Shown: positions 27,434 to 40,044 of the stretch, piece by piece | Numbering within the stretch: the stretch's first letter is position 1 | Layout of the letters: every line of letters begins with the position of its first letter | Assembly (NCBI GenBank): GCA_964016885.1 | Contig: OZ024741.1 | Coordinates: forward strand, 61,256,001-61,320,000 | Length of the DNA: 64,000 nt | DNA from: Eledone cirrhosa | Taxonomy: Eukaryota | Direction of reading: 5' to 3' | Program-made: the position numbers and the translations under genes | Notes under the pieces: model-generated | Seen by the model: only the letters and a program-made list of their open reading frames with translations | Databases searched by the model: none | What the model was told of the DNA's origin: nothing

Positions 27434-27622
27434 CATCATCATCATCATCATTTTACGTCCGCTTTTCCCTGCTTGCAAGGGTGGGATGGGTCTTATTCAG
27501 CACAGAATCTCTCCACTCGTCACGGTCCCTCGTCATCTCCACCGTGAGCTACAATGATCTGAGGTCTGTTCTCACCACCTCCGCCCATGTTTTTCGTGGT
27601 CTACCTCTACCACGTCTTCCTT
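27434..27622 (-). mobile_element. RTE-clade LINE, short-3'-UTR subfamily, 3' end
   Basis: Minus strand encodes [24 protein letters not shown]...DRDEWR, then the terminal CCCACCCTTGCAAGCAGGGAAAAGCGGACGTAAAA(TGA)n. Confidence 0.8.
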
Positions 27623-27761
27623 CATATATATATATATATACACATATATATATATATACACACATATATATATACATATATATACACACACTCACGCACA
27701 TTCATATATACATACAGATGTACACACTTATGTTTTTGTGTTTATATATATATATATATAT

Positions 27762-27841
27762 ATATGGGGTGTTCAAAATATATAAATATTTTTATTAGAA
27801 TGCTGTTGAAGTGTGCATACATTATTTTGGGACACCCTGTA
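27762..27841. mobile_element. Tiny Tc1/mariner-type MITE
   Basis: Left end TATGGGGTGTTCAAAATA versus right-end reverse complement TACAGGGTGTCCCAAAATA. TA flanks. Confidence 0.55.
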
Positions 27842-27868
27842 TGTGTTTACACACATATATATATATAT

Positions 27869-28251
27869 AGAATTAATAACAGAACACACTCACTGTTTGG
27901 TTGGTTTCGCTTCTGTGTCTTTTATATTGGTAATCTAATTTATTCGGTCCTCAATGTTGCCATTGACAGACCAACGGTCAAAAATAATACAGATACAATA
28001 TAGACACAAACACATATATATAGTTTATCAAAGTTCTTTTGTTGCACATCTGCAACATCGTCAGTGGTGCTATTGTTTCCTCCTGTTGCATTGTATTCTC
28101 TACGCCATCTTTATTTATTTAGTCTGTTTATATATTTATTTATTTGTTTATTTTATTGTGACCCTCCCCAAGTATAACAATATTTGTTTCGACACACGAT
28201 TTCATATCAAAAACCTCGCAAAACTAATTCATCGCCGTTATGGCATTAGCT
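27869..28251 (-). mobile_element. TA-flanked insert with degenerate hammerhead-like motif (Penelope pLTR/retrozyme-like)
   Basis: Minus strand CTGACGA T GTTGCA GATG TGCAAC AAAA at about 28037-28064. The insert is bounded by (TA)n. Confidence 0.3.
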
Positions 28252-29558
28252 TATATATATATATAGTCAAAAAATGTTTTAATAGCAAAAGATTGTAAAA
28301 GACTCTAGGAATCTCTCTCTCTCTCTCTCCATTTAAATAGAAGACAGTTCAATGTAAGTTTGTCACTTTAACTGTTTCTGCTGCATTTCTTCCTGAAATT
28401 ATCTTATCCTATATTGTGAATAAAATTGTCTACTTTGTTGTGCAAAACAGAGGCTTTGAACTTCTAGAGGCAAATTTTCAAAAAAGTGTTTTTGAAAATC
28501 CTGATAATTTCCATCATGGCATCAGCTTTACTGCCCAATAATGATCAGCATGGAGGTGTGTGTGTGTGTGTGGGGGGGGGGGGGGGCAGTTGTCATTAGT
28601 ACCACTTTCATTCAATAGCACTAAAATAATGGCTGCTATCTTCACTACCCCTCCCCCAACCACAACAACAACAATTATAAAAGCTAACATTAGCAACATT
28701 CATGAAATTATATACTAAAAAAAATTTAATTTTCTTGCTGATGTGTACATCCATATCCTAGTGACTCTGTGTCTTGGCCTCTGCTCCTCCCGTCTGAGTA
28801 ATGGTCAATAAGTTTGAAGTACACTTATTACAATGAAGTACACTTGCTACAATGTAGATAGGGTTCTTAATAAAGAATTCTGTTGTTATTAATACACAGT
28901 AGAGCATCTGAAAACATGCTTTGCGGCATAGAGTAATGGCCCTTTACGTTCTATGATCAAATCCCACTGAGGTCAGCTTTGCCTCTCATCCTTATGGGGT
29001 CGATAAATAAAGCACCAGTAACACACTGGGGTTGATATAATGCCCCCCACCACCTTCAAATTGCTGGCCTTTTGTCTATAGTAGAACAAATTATTACTTT
29101 GTTACCTCCTTCTGTTTTGTGTTTGTTTTTTCTCCATTTATGTAAATCCCACTATCCTTGTTAATTCTATTGCCCTTAATTTTTTGGCTCCAGTGTCCAA
29201 TAAAGGAATCCTCATCATCATCAACATTATCATCGTTATTGAAATTATTATTATTATTATTATTATCATTATTAATAAAGAAAATAAAGATGATATATCA
29301 AATATTCACTTACAATGAAAAGAGCAACAACCCCATACCATAACCCCATACCATAAACTTTTCCAACCAATTTCCTGCATCCCCCTATCACCCCAAACAA
29401 AAAAGAAATGGCAAAAACAAATCTGAAAACAAGTTTTTTTAATGTAGTGTAATTATTGAAAAAATTTATCTGTTAGACTTTATGATTCTGTTTATTACTG
29501 AAATATTTAAAGATGTATCTTAAGGCTAAATAAGATTTTCCCCAATAAATGATTCTGT

Positions 29559-30330
29559 TAACCCTTTCATTACCATAGCTCTTATGAATGATACTGTCTA
29601 TTGTTTTCAAATAGGTTTGAAAATAATCAAGAATTTGGAGAGATTTAGTAATATAAATAACACTCTTATAATTAAGTTGGCCGCAGATTGGCAGCAGATT
29701 GGCAGCATCAGTGCAGTATAGAACTACAGCCCTTTATATTCTGAGTTCAAATCCCCTGAGGTTAGCTTTGCCTTTCTCATTGTTATGGGGGTTGATAAAA
29801 TAAAGCACCAGTAATGCACTGGGGTCAATTTAATCGACTTTCTTCTCCTCCAAAATTGTTGGCCTTGTACCTAAATCAGAAACCATTATCAAGTTGATGT
29901 TTGGAACATCATCATCATCATCATTTTACGTCCGCTTTTCCCTGCTTGCAAGGATGGGACGGGAACTGATTCTTGCTTGATTTCTACAGCTGGATGCCCT
30001 TCGTAACACCAACCTCATTTACAGTGAGTGCTGAGTGCTTTTTTTCCGTGGCGCCTACACGTCCACTTTACAGTGTGGGCTGGGTGATTTTTTGTCATAG
30101 CACCTCCACGACCACTTTGCAGTGGAATGATAGGGACCCCAGTCCTATCATCTCATTTCTACAGCTGAGTAAACTGGAGCAATGTGAAATAAAGTGTCTT
30201 GCTCAAGGAAACAACACATCACCCAGCCTGAGAATTGAACTCACAACCTTTCGATTGCAAGGCCAACGCTCTAACCACTAAGCCATGTGCCTCTAACATA
30301 ACAAATATTAAGACTGGTTTAAAGGTTATA
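29559..30330. mobile_element. piggyBac-like MITE interrupted by two SINEs
   Basis: Start TTAACCCTTTC is homologous to 45492-45725. Interrupted by SINE A (about 29680-29888) and SINE B (29907-30293), then resumes at AACATAACAAA. Confidence 0.6.
29907..30293 (-). mobile_element. SINE family B, full length
   Basis: tRNA-like head with A/B boxes, CORE-like body, RTE tail and (GAT)n. AACAT direct repeat at both junctions. Confidence 0.85.
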
Positions 30331-30448
30331 TTAGTATGTGTGATTCTTTTGTGTATGTGAGAGGGAGGAAAAAGATAGAGAAAGAGGATAGAGATAAAAA
30401 GAGAAAGAGAGAGACAGTATGTGTATGAGGGAATTAATACCCTATTAA

Positions 30449-30671
30449 CCCTTTATCATTTACATTACTCTATATTTACTATTATATTTTCATGGTAAAG
30501 GCATTACCTCACATAATATTGTCTCACATAATATTGAATCTATGAGATTTTGATATTATTTATTTTGAGAACAATACCTTAACATCAGAATGAGTGGTCA
30601 ATTACAGCTGGTTTGAACAGAAAGAGGTGAGAGAATTCTGGATGAATATGGCTGATTTAAATGTTAAAGGG
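30449..30671. mobile_element. piggyBac-like MITE, intact
   Basis: TTAA|CCCTTTATCATTTA ... TAAATGTTAAAGGG|TTAA: terminal inverted repeats and TTAA target duplication. Confidence 0.85.
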
Positions 30672-31188
30672 TTAAATTATTATTTATTAAAATTGGAATG
30701 GCTGCGGACTGTGTAAACTATAGAGAACAACCTGTCTGGTAAAGCAGTAACTCCAAATAAATAATTTTATGGAGGAGATATGTTCTCCAGAAACCATTGT
30801 AAATACAACCTGTCTATGAGAGCATTAACTTCCAATAAAAAACAGTTACAGTGTAGAGTGGAAACTTTAGTCCTGGTATACAGCCACTCTAATGTTGGTT
30901 TAAGTCTAAAGTCTGTCTAAAGCCATTTAAGGCTAGTTAGGTTGGTGCTTAACTGGGTTCCATAGCGTGAAGTGACAAAGAGTACAGTCTACAATGTAAA
31001 GTGGTTGGTGTTAAGAATAGTGTCCAGACAGAAATACCATACCAAAAACTATGGCAAAACACAAATTGCAATATATTAAATACTTGTGATCCCATTCACC
31101 CATGGAAAAACAGACAAAAATGATAATGAATGATGATGATAATAGGAAGAAAAAGTAAAAATTTTAATCCATTAAGAAAACAGAAAAT

Positions 31189-31551
31189 TTAGCCCTTTCA
31201 TGAAAGTATTTCTATTGAAATACACTGTATTTTAATTAATTAATGAAGAGTTTGTAGCGATTTATTAAATTATTAATTATTTCATTACACAGACAGTAAC
31301 TTAACATATGGTTCTTATATATAATTATATTAGAAGGTTTTAATTTAAATAGAAATACTCTATTGCAATTAATTAATGAAAAATTTTGACGGAATTACTT
31401 AATTAATTATTTCATTACTAAGACAGTAACTTAACATATGGTTCTTATATCAAATTACATCAGAAGGTGTTAATTTAAATAGGAAACCTTTAAAATGGGG
31501 AGTTTTGTTTCATTGAAACAGTTTGTTTTGACCAGGTAGCAAAAGGGTTAA
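31189..31551. mobile_element. piggyBac-like MITE with internal tandem duplication
   Basis: TTAGCCCTTTC...AAAAGGGTTAA. An internal block of about 130 bp (AATGAAGA...AGACAGTAACTTAACA...TTTAATTTAA) is repeated and recurs at 31550-31715. Confidence 0.6.
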
Positions 31552-33720
31552 TGAAGAATTTTGAGGGATTTCTTCAAATTATTGTTTCATTACTAAGACA
31601 GTAACTTAACAAAAGCTTTTTATATAAAATTATGTTGGATGCTTTTAATTTAAGTACAAACTCTTTAAACTGAGGAGTTTTGTTTCCTAGAACAAGAGCC
31701 AGTTTTTGCCAGGTTAAAAACAACTAGACATCAATTTAGAATAATATTTTGAAATTAAATTATTTTTTTAAAAAATGCTTTGCCTTTTATCATACTTCTA
31801 TAAAATATCTTTTTAATTAAATGACAGTAACAATTACATGATGCCTTTTATATATAACTATTAAAGAAGCAGAGCAGATGATGCTCCGGGGATATTTTAG
31901 TTGTATTTATTGAATACTCAAACAGCTACTAGATTACACCTTAAGCATAATGAATATATCATTTATTAATAATGAAAAATCTACATAATTGAGAATATTT
32001 TTTTTATAAAAATCTACATAATTGAAAATAATTCTTTTTTTTTTTATTTACATAATTGAAAATTGTCAAGGCATATAGCCTAGTGGTAAGTGTGTTGGAC
32101 TAATGATCATAATGTCACAAGTTTGTGACTGGACTGGATTGTGTGTTGTGTTCTTGAGCAAAACACTTCATTTCACATTGCTCCAGTATAATCAACTAAA
32201 AATGAGTACCAGTAGCAGCTGGAGATTTAACTCTGCGATGGATTGGCATCCTTTCCAGGGGGAGTCATGTAACATCATGGAAACCGAGATGAGCCTCCGT
32301 GTTCAAGACAGACTTTAAATAATTGAAAATAGCTTTATCTTTTATCTACATAGGTGCAGGCATGGTAGTGATTAAGGAATTCACATTGGAACCACATGGT
32401 TCTGGGTTCAGTCCAACTGTGTGGCATATTGGGAAAACATCTTCTCAGGTTCACAATAAAAATGTCTTGTGAGAGAAATGGATATATGTAAATGCAGAAA
32501 TGTGTTGTTTTAAATATATATGTCTGTGTCCATATTAATGTCCTGTAATTTTGACAAAAAAAGAGTCAATAGAATAAGTACCAGTCATGAAAATAAAAAG
32601 CACTTAGATATTATCAACTAAGTCCCTTTAAGCTGGTGCCCAAGCATAGCCACAATCTAATGATTGAAACCAACAAAAGAAGAAAAAATAAAGAATTATT
32701 TTTAAAAGAATCTACATAATTGAAAATGATTTAAAAAAAAAAAATCTACATAATCATATTTGAAAAGCTCAGACTATGCTACGACTGATTTCACATTATC
32801 AATTTTCAATAGAATCCCTCCAAGGCAATGGAAATTAATTCGAAAACATCTAATTGATATTATATATATATAGTGATTATATAATGATTATATCTTTACA
32901 CTTTTATTACTGTATATCTAATGACACAGCCTATATAGCTTCCAATTCATTTGGAAAATAATCAAAACTTTGAAGAGATTTAGTAATATAATTAACTTTT
33001 TCATTTTGTATCTGGTGGTCTTACATGAAATTATGATGGAAAATTTTTAACTGTGAACATTTTAAAGTATACAGTATTATATTGTATATATATATATCAT
33101 CATCATCGTTTAATGTCCATTTTCCATGCTAACATGGGTTAGACGAGTTGTCTCATGAGATGCAAGTTGGGTTGGGTGACCATCTCTTGTTCATATAAAA
33201 CTGTTTCTTGCTAGGTTTCTACAGCTGGATGCCCTTCATAATGCCAATCACATTTATAGTGTGTGTGTGTATGTATATATATATATATATATAAATATAT
33301 ATAAGTACACACACACACATATATATATAAACTCCTCACTATCGTCATTATTAATTTTAACCTTGCTGACAGCACCTCTGTATATAGCTTGTACTGCCCT
33401 CACAAGCCACTCATGTACACTTTGTTTCCTACACACCCACCTGATTACAGAATGGAGGACCCTGTCAAAAGCTTTCTCCAAGTCAACAAATGATAAGTAG
33501 AGGGGTTTACTTTTAGCTAGGTTCTTCTACTGTAGTTGTCACACAAAGACAAGTATCTGCAGTACTTTTACCTGGAACAAATCTGAACTGCATCTCATCT
33601 AGATTAATTTGATCTCTAATTATTTGTACAATGACTCTTTCTGTAACTTTCATGGCCTGGTCCATCAATTTGATGCCTCGATAGTTTCCTCTCACTAGTG
33701 CATTTCCTCTGTTCTTGTAT

Positions 33721-35841
33721 CATCATCATCATCATCATCAACGTTTAACGTCCGTGTTCCACGCTTGCATGGGTTTGGACGGGGGTTTTCCCACTTGAGG
33801 CAAGAGTGATTGTCTTGCTCGCATAGGACTGTCTGGCAGGTTTTCTACAGTTGGATGCCCTTCCTAACACCAACCACATTTACAGTGTGGGTCTGGGAGG
33901 TTTTTACCGTGTTGCCTACACGGCCACATTACAGCGTGGACTGTGTGTTTTTTTGTCGTGACACCTACACGATCTCATTTGTTTCGGCCTGGACGGTGTG
34001 GCACCAACATAACTTTACATAGAAGGGGGCGGTGTGGATGGGGGGGGGGTGTATTTTGTTAGAGATGCCTACTGACTGTAGTAGGTTTTACTTTGTATTT
34101 AGGTAAGGCGGGTCTTCTCTATTACTGAGTACCGCCAAAGGTCTCGGTCCAGTGACATTGTCTTGGTGAGGTGTAAGTGTGTGAGGTCGGAGTTTATCAG
34201 CTCGTCCCAGGTTTTTCTGGGTCTGCCTATTCCGTGGCTACCGTCTATCTTTATTGCCCTGCACTTTGTTATACAGCTATCGTCCTTCATGCGCATCACG
34301 GGACCATACCAACGTAGCTTTCTCTCTAGTAAACAACATCTGATCCCTCTTATTTCTAATTTTTCCTTAGTTCGTTTATGCTTTGTCGTTCACGTATATT
34401 ACTATTACACATCCAGCGGAGCATGCAAGCTTCGTTTCTCTCTAGTCTGCGTATATACTCTGCACACAATGCCCAGGTCTCACTGCCATGCAACATTGCT
34501 GTTCGTATGCAGGCATCGTACAACCTGCCTTTCATTTTTAGGGAGAACCCTTTAGCGGCTAATAGTGGTATAAGCTCTCTGAACTTTTTCCACCCAGTTC
34601 TGACTCTAGCTACTGTACTTTCAGAGCACCCTCCCCCACTGCTGATTTTGTCACCCAGGTAACGGAAGCTGTCCACTATTTCTATAGATCCCTCTGCGCA
34701 GTTGAAAGAGCTAGTATTTTGTGGGCACTTGCTGCTACTTATTGCCCCAGAACACCGGCCACATGTAAAATCTATGTTCTTAGTTAGCTTACCTGTGATC
34801 CCACTACATCTTTTATGCACCCAAACTTTGCATTTGGGACACAAAATGGAATTTCTACCCACGCCTTTTCTACACTCTGCACATGGCCACTTCCCGGAGC
34901 GGACCGCCGCCTTATTTTCTTTCTTACAAACTAGAACTTTAGTCATAGCCAGGTTAATTTTAAGGCCTTTTGATTCTAGGCCGTGCTTCCATGTTTGGAA
35001 TTTCTTCTCTAGCTCGGCCATCGATTCAGCTATGAGCGTTAGATCATCTGCGTATAGGAGTTCCCATGGGCAGCCGGTCTTGAACTCCACTGTTATAGCC
35101 TGGAGGGCAATAATAAATAGTAGGGGGCTAAGAACAGAGCCCTGATGAACACCAACTTTTACACTAAACTCTTCACTATATTCGTTGTTAATTCTAACCT
35201 TGCTGACTGTTTCTTTATACATGGCTTGTATAGCTCTCACAAGCCATTCATCAACACCTAGTTTTCTAAGAGCCCACCAGATAATGGAACGGGGGACTCT
35301 GTCAAAGGCCTTCTCCAAGTCGACGAAAGCTAAGTATAGGGGTTTACTTTTAGCTAGGTACTTCTCCTGTAGTTGTCGTACAATGAAAAGAGCGTCTGTG
35401 GTACTTTTTCCTGACACAAACCCGAACTGCATTTCATCTAGATCAATTCGCTCTCTGATTAGTTGCGCTATTACTTTTTCCGTGACCTTCATGACCTGGT
35501 TGATTAATTTAATGCCTCTATAGTTACTCCTATCTAGGGCATCTCCTTTACCCTTATAACAGTTAACAATAATGCTGCTACGCCAGTCCTTCGGAACAAC
35601 CCCATTCTGTATGACTTGGTTGACTATCCGGGTGACCATGGTGTGTCCCACCGTACCAGATGCCTTCAGCATCTCGGCAACTATTTCCGAAGGCCCAGCC
35701 ACCTTGCCTGTCTTCATATCTTTGATTGCCTTACTTATTATACTACCCTTGACTAACACTGCTGGTCCCTCTATTGGATCGATGTGGGGGAGACTGTCTT
35801 TCTCCCATTTATTCTCCTCATTTAGTAGCCTTTCATAGTGG
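33721..35841 (-). mobile_element. Young RTE-clade LINE subfamily B, 5'-truncated
   Basis: Long RT ORF, 3' UTR and (GAT)n tail. Highly similar to 19968-22070. Confidence 0.95.
34356..35759 (-). pseudogene. RTE ORF fragment: reverse transcriptase with embedded PHD finger (467 aa open, no start, frameshift at 3' end)
   Basis: NYRGIKL, QFGF, FVDLEKAFDRV, GVHQGSVLSPLLF, LLYADD, GLKINLAMTKV, C4HC3 finger, FRYLG. Confidence 0.9.
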
Positions 35842-37699
35842 ACAATACTGCTGCTACTCCAGTCATTGGGTATAGCACCATTTTATATTACTTGGTTTAC
35901 AATATGGGTGATTATGATATGACCTACCATCCCTGATGTTTTCAACATCTCAGCAACTATTCCTGATGGCCCAGAAGCTTTACCTGTCTTCCTACACTTA
36001 ATTACCTTACTTACTATGCTGCTGCTGACATGTACAGCTGGTCCTTTTGTTGGATTCACTTGGGGCAGGCTATCTCCTCCTATGAATTCTCCTCATTTAT
36101 GAGTCTCTCATGACACTTCCATGCTGCCTTTTTTTCAGCTTCAGTGAGGGCAAATGCACCATTGTCAGCTTAAACACACTTCTCCCCAACAACATCACAA
36201 CTTTTCCTTACACAATTCTTTGTGATTCTGAACATCTCACATCTTTGGTTCTCACATCTCAAAACATGCATAAACTTTTTATTTTCTGCTTGCAAAATAT
36301 ACTTGTTGCCTTACCTCTTTCCTGGGCTCTTAGTAAAGTTCTCTGCTTCCCCCATTTTGCCATTCATTCCATGCCTGTCTCTCGGCCTTAATTGTTTCAT
36401 CCACCCTACTATTCCACTACCACACCCCTCTCCTCCCTGGACCTCTTCTCCAGCCCCATATCTGGTTTGTGGCCTTCAGTAGATTATCTCTCAACAAGCT
36501 ACTGCTCCTCCATAATGTATGACACTATTTCTTCTTCCTTATTGTCAAAAGCATCAAGTAAGATATTCCTAAATTTGTAACAGACAGAGGGCTCCTTCAA
36601 CTTCCATATCCTTCTCCTCCAGATTGCCCTCTGTCTCCAAGTTTGTCTAGCCCTAATTAATGAATCACTAATGACTATTTATTTATGTTGGGAGGGATTT
36701 TGTGTTTACAATCATCACTCTATCTTACCTTATGGTGAGGGTGAAATCTATTTGGTTGGTGTGCTCACCTGATCTGTAGGTGATCAAATAGTTGTCTGTT
36801 TTTTGGGTTTTTTTTAAATTAGTGTTTCAGATCATTTGTGTTGCAGAATTCCAGGAGCTTGGACCCTTCCTCATTTCTAGCACCAAAACCATAACCCTCG
36901 TGGATCCCATTGAAGCCATCACTGTGTTTCCCAACATGCCTATTAAAGTTTTTTACTATGAATAAGAGTTCCTTGTCACCTACTAGAGTAGTTGTCTGCA
37001 TTAGGGATTCATAGAAGTCATCTTTTAGTTCATCTGATAATCCCAATCCTGGTGTGTATGTTAATATAAAAGTTACAGTTGTTCTACCTCGGACTATCCC
37101 ATGTTTAAGGATTCTGACATGTAATGTTTGCTGTGACTACATTATCTACCCATTTTTCTGTTAACAGAATATCTACTCGATGTAGCCCGTAATCATTACC
37201 CACCCAGAAAAATGTGTAGTGTTGTTCTTTACCAACAAGGAGTCTAGTTGATCTACCTCTCCCCTTAGGCTCTTGTACACAACACAACTCCACTCTCTTT
37301 TGCTCTAACATTTCTACAATCTCACTTGGCCTACCTTTCATTGAAGTTTTTGAATCTACTGGGAGAGAGGGACATTGATACTTGAGAAGGGGGGTGGAAT
37401 CTGTAATTTAGTTGGGGTTAGCTTTCCATGCCTGAAATAAATAAAGATTTGTTTGGTATTCCAATGGATTTATGCCAGGAAGAAATTTTCCAACCTTGTA
37501 GACAAGCTGCCACACAATGCTCATACCTTATAGTAGTTATAGTAAAATGATGCAAGGGTTAAAATTTAAGATATTTTAGTGCTGCTACCATTTGATTGGA
37601 CTAGAAGTACAGTGGGAAATGAAGAGAAGGTGCAACTACTTTCTCTGTTTCTGGATTAGCTAACGAGAAATATAGGTTTAATTAACCTTTTCTCTGAGG

Positions 37700-37770
<71 letters not shown>

Positions 37771-37943
37771 GGTTCGTATCCCATGTCTGTCAATGCTCAT
37801 TCATTTTTCCATTTCTGTGAGTTTTTATAACTCTAAATTATTAGGCTAATTTACTTAGTCCAAAATACAATGGTGGCACTATTTTCACTATCTAATTTCA
37901 AATTCTCCGCTCTTTGTAAACAAAAGCTGAAAAAGCTTTGTAT

Positions 37944-38014
<71 letters not shown>

Positions 38015-38475
38015 TGGTTGATGTTTGGAAGGGCATCCAATCATAGAAACCAAGCCAAAATACAGATCCATATGAGCAAGATGAACTTGATTTGTCTAAT
38101 ACTGTGACAATCCATCTAACCTATGCAAGTGTGGAAAATGGACGTTACATGATGATGATGATGATATAATGTACAATGAAACATTATCTATCATAGAACT
38201 ATTTCTAGATAGTCCACCACACTCAAAATAACAATTTGATATATCTGTTCTTACATAATCATAAACACAAATATATAAACAAAAATGTTAATGGACTCCA
38301 CCCTTTTTTTCTAAATCAGGCACCATTCATGATTACTAGCTGTTTCTGCAATTTTCTATTGTTTGTAGTGTGTATGATGATGATGATGCAACCTATATAG
38401 ATATATATCATTATTTAACGTCAAGTTCACCTCCCTCAATAGCAAGGGTTGGACAGCATATATATATACACACAG

Positions 38476-38526
<51 letters not shown>

Positions 38527-39199
38527 GACACACACACACATATATATATATTTATATATATATATACATGCATATATACATATACATATACACACATGCA
38601 CACACACACACACACACACACACATGCACATATATATGCACTGTGCCCATGTGTCTCTGTGTGTGCATGTATGTGTATGTACATATGTGTGAGTGTGTGT
38701 GTACATCTAAACTAGCATGGGAAAATGGATGATAAATGATATGGTTATGCACTTGTGTTTGTATGTTTATATGCATGCATGTTTGTGTGTAGATGTTAAC
38801 AAAAACCCAATTATAACTCATGGAAAGGTACAAGACATGATTTATATATTTTATTCCAGTATGTTCTAACCTCTGGCTGTTTTTAAAAGTGATGTAACTG
38901 TTGTATTTGTTTATGGCAGTCACAGAAATAGAATAATTTAATTCAAATGTAAATATATGTTAAACACAAAATATTAAAAATGAGAAACCTGCTCAAGCTA
39001 GTTAATGTAGAAAGTCTCAGAGTTAGAAGAATATACAATTCAAATATTATTATGATGGATTCTCTGTCAATTTTAACGAATAGCATTCAATTGTTCAATG
39101 AGCTAAATGTTGTGCTTGTTAGATTAACATATAAGTGGTTCAATATTCCACAAACATGTGTAATCTTAACTGATTTATCAGAGATGTTATCAAAGTGAC

Positions 39200-39583
39200 A
39201 CAGTGGACTTTAGGCTGGATCTCAGAATTACAGGTAGAATCCATTCAAAGAGCTTCAACACAGTTTCTACAATTTTACTCCCCAACCTTGTTTCAACCTG
39301 CGGTTATGGTAAAAGATATACAATATGGGGCATCCATGCGATTGTATTTATATTAGGTGTCAATAAACCCAGACAAAGCCAAGTATAATTGCAAGCTGGA
39401 ATGGCTCTTCCAGTATGTCTCCCTCATTATCCTCTGGGGAAATGCCTTCTCAATGCTGTCCACTGGGGCCACACGGTGGCCAGCATGTGGGCTCACATTT
39501 GCTCATAATAGTTAGAGATGGAGAGAGTGGGAGAGATGGAGGCAGTGACAGTGGGAGTTTGGTTCTTTTGTGTTCGGACCTGG
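39200..39583 (-). repeat. Unclassified interspersed repeat, copy 2
   Basis: Reverse complement of 39415-39583 matches 1356-1520. The left boundary is uncertain. Confidence 0.55.
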
Positions 39584-40044
39584 TATATATGTATATACAC
39601 ATATGGTGTATATGTATATGGACACACACTCATGCATCTAGACAATTTTAGCTACTGACAATAACAATAACATCAACAATAACGACAGCATCAACTACAA
39701 AGCAGCAATAACAACAGCAATATCAGCAGTAGCATTGCTAGTTACTCTGTGAGACAGTGAAAGAACACAAAATGAAAGGAACCAATGTTCTGATCAAACA
39801 AAGGATACAATGCTTCTATTGGTCTTTAGATTGTTTGTACTACCTGCAGGTCATAATTCCTAGTAGAAAAAGGTGAGATTTGAACACAGGATGCACAGAG
39901 CCAGATTAGATACTGCAAAGCCTACTTTGGACTGGTACAATTATTCATTGATGCCGAAAGTAAAAAAGGCAGTTCAATTCAGATTTGAACATAGAGCCCA
40001 GACAACTGGAACAAATACTGAGGTATCTAATCCAATGCTCAAAC

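Larger units (their letters stand above)
33097..37430 (-). mobile_element. Older RTE-clade LINE (APE to RT, plus tail), split by a younger RTE insertion
   Basis: APE motifs ELCCVQE and FNRHVG (36819-37341). RT reads ...DWSSSSIV at 35842, resumes YKNRGNALVRGNYRGIKL at 33720 and continues to 33330. Tail at 33097-33250. Confidence 0.8.

Noticed and set aside
34356-35759. Active retrotransposon gene
   Set aside because: 5'-truncated, lacks its own endonuclease and start, and is frameshifted near the 3' end.
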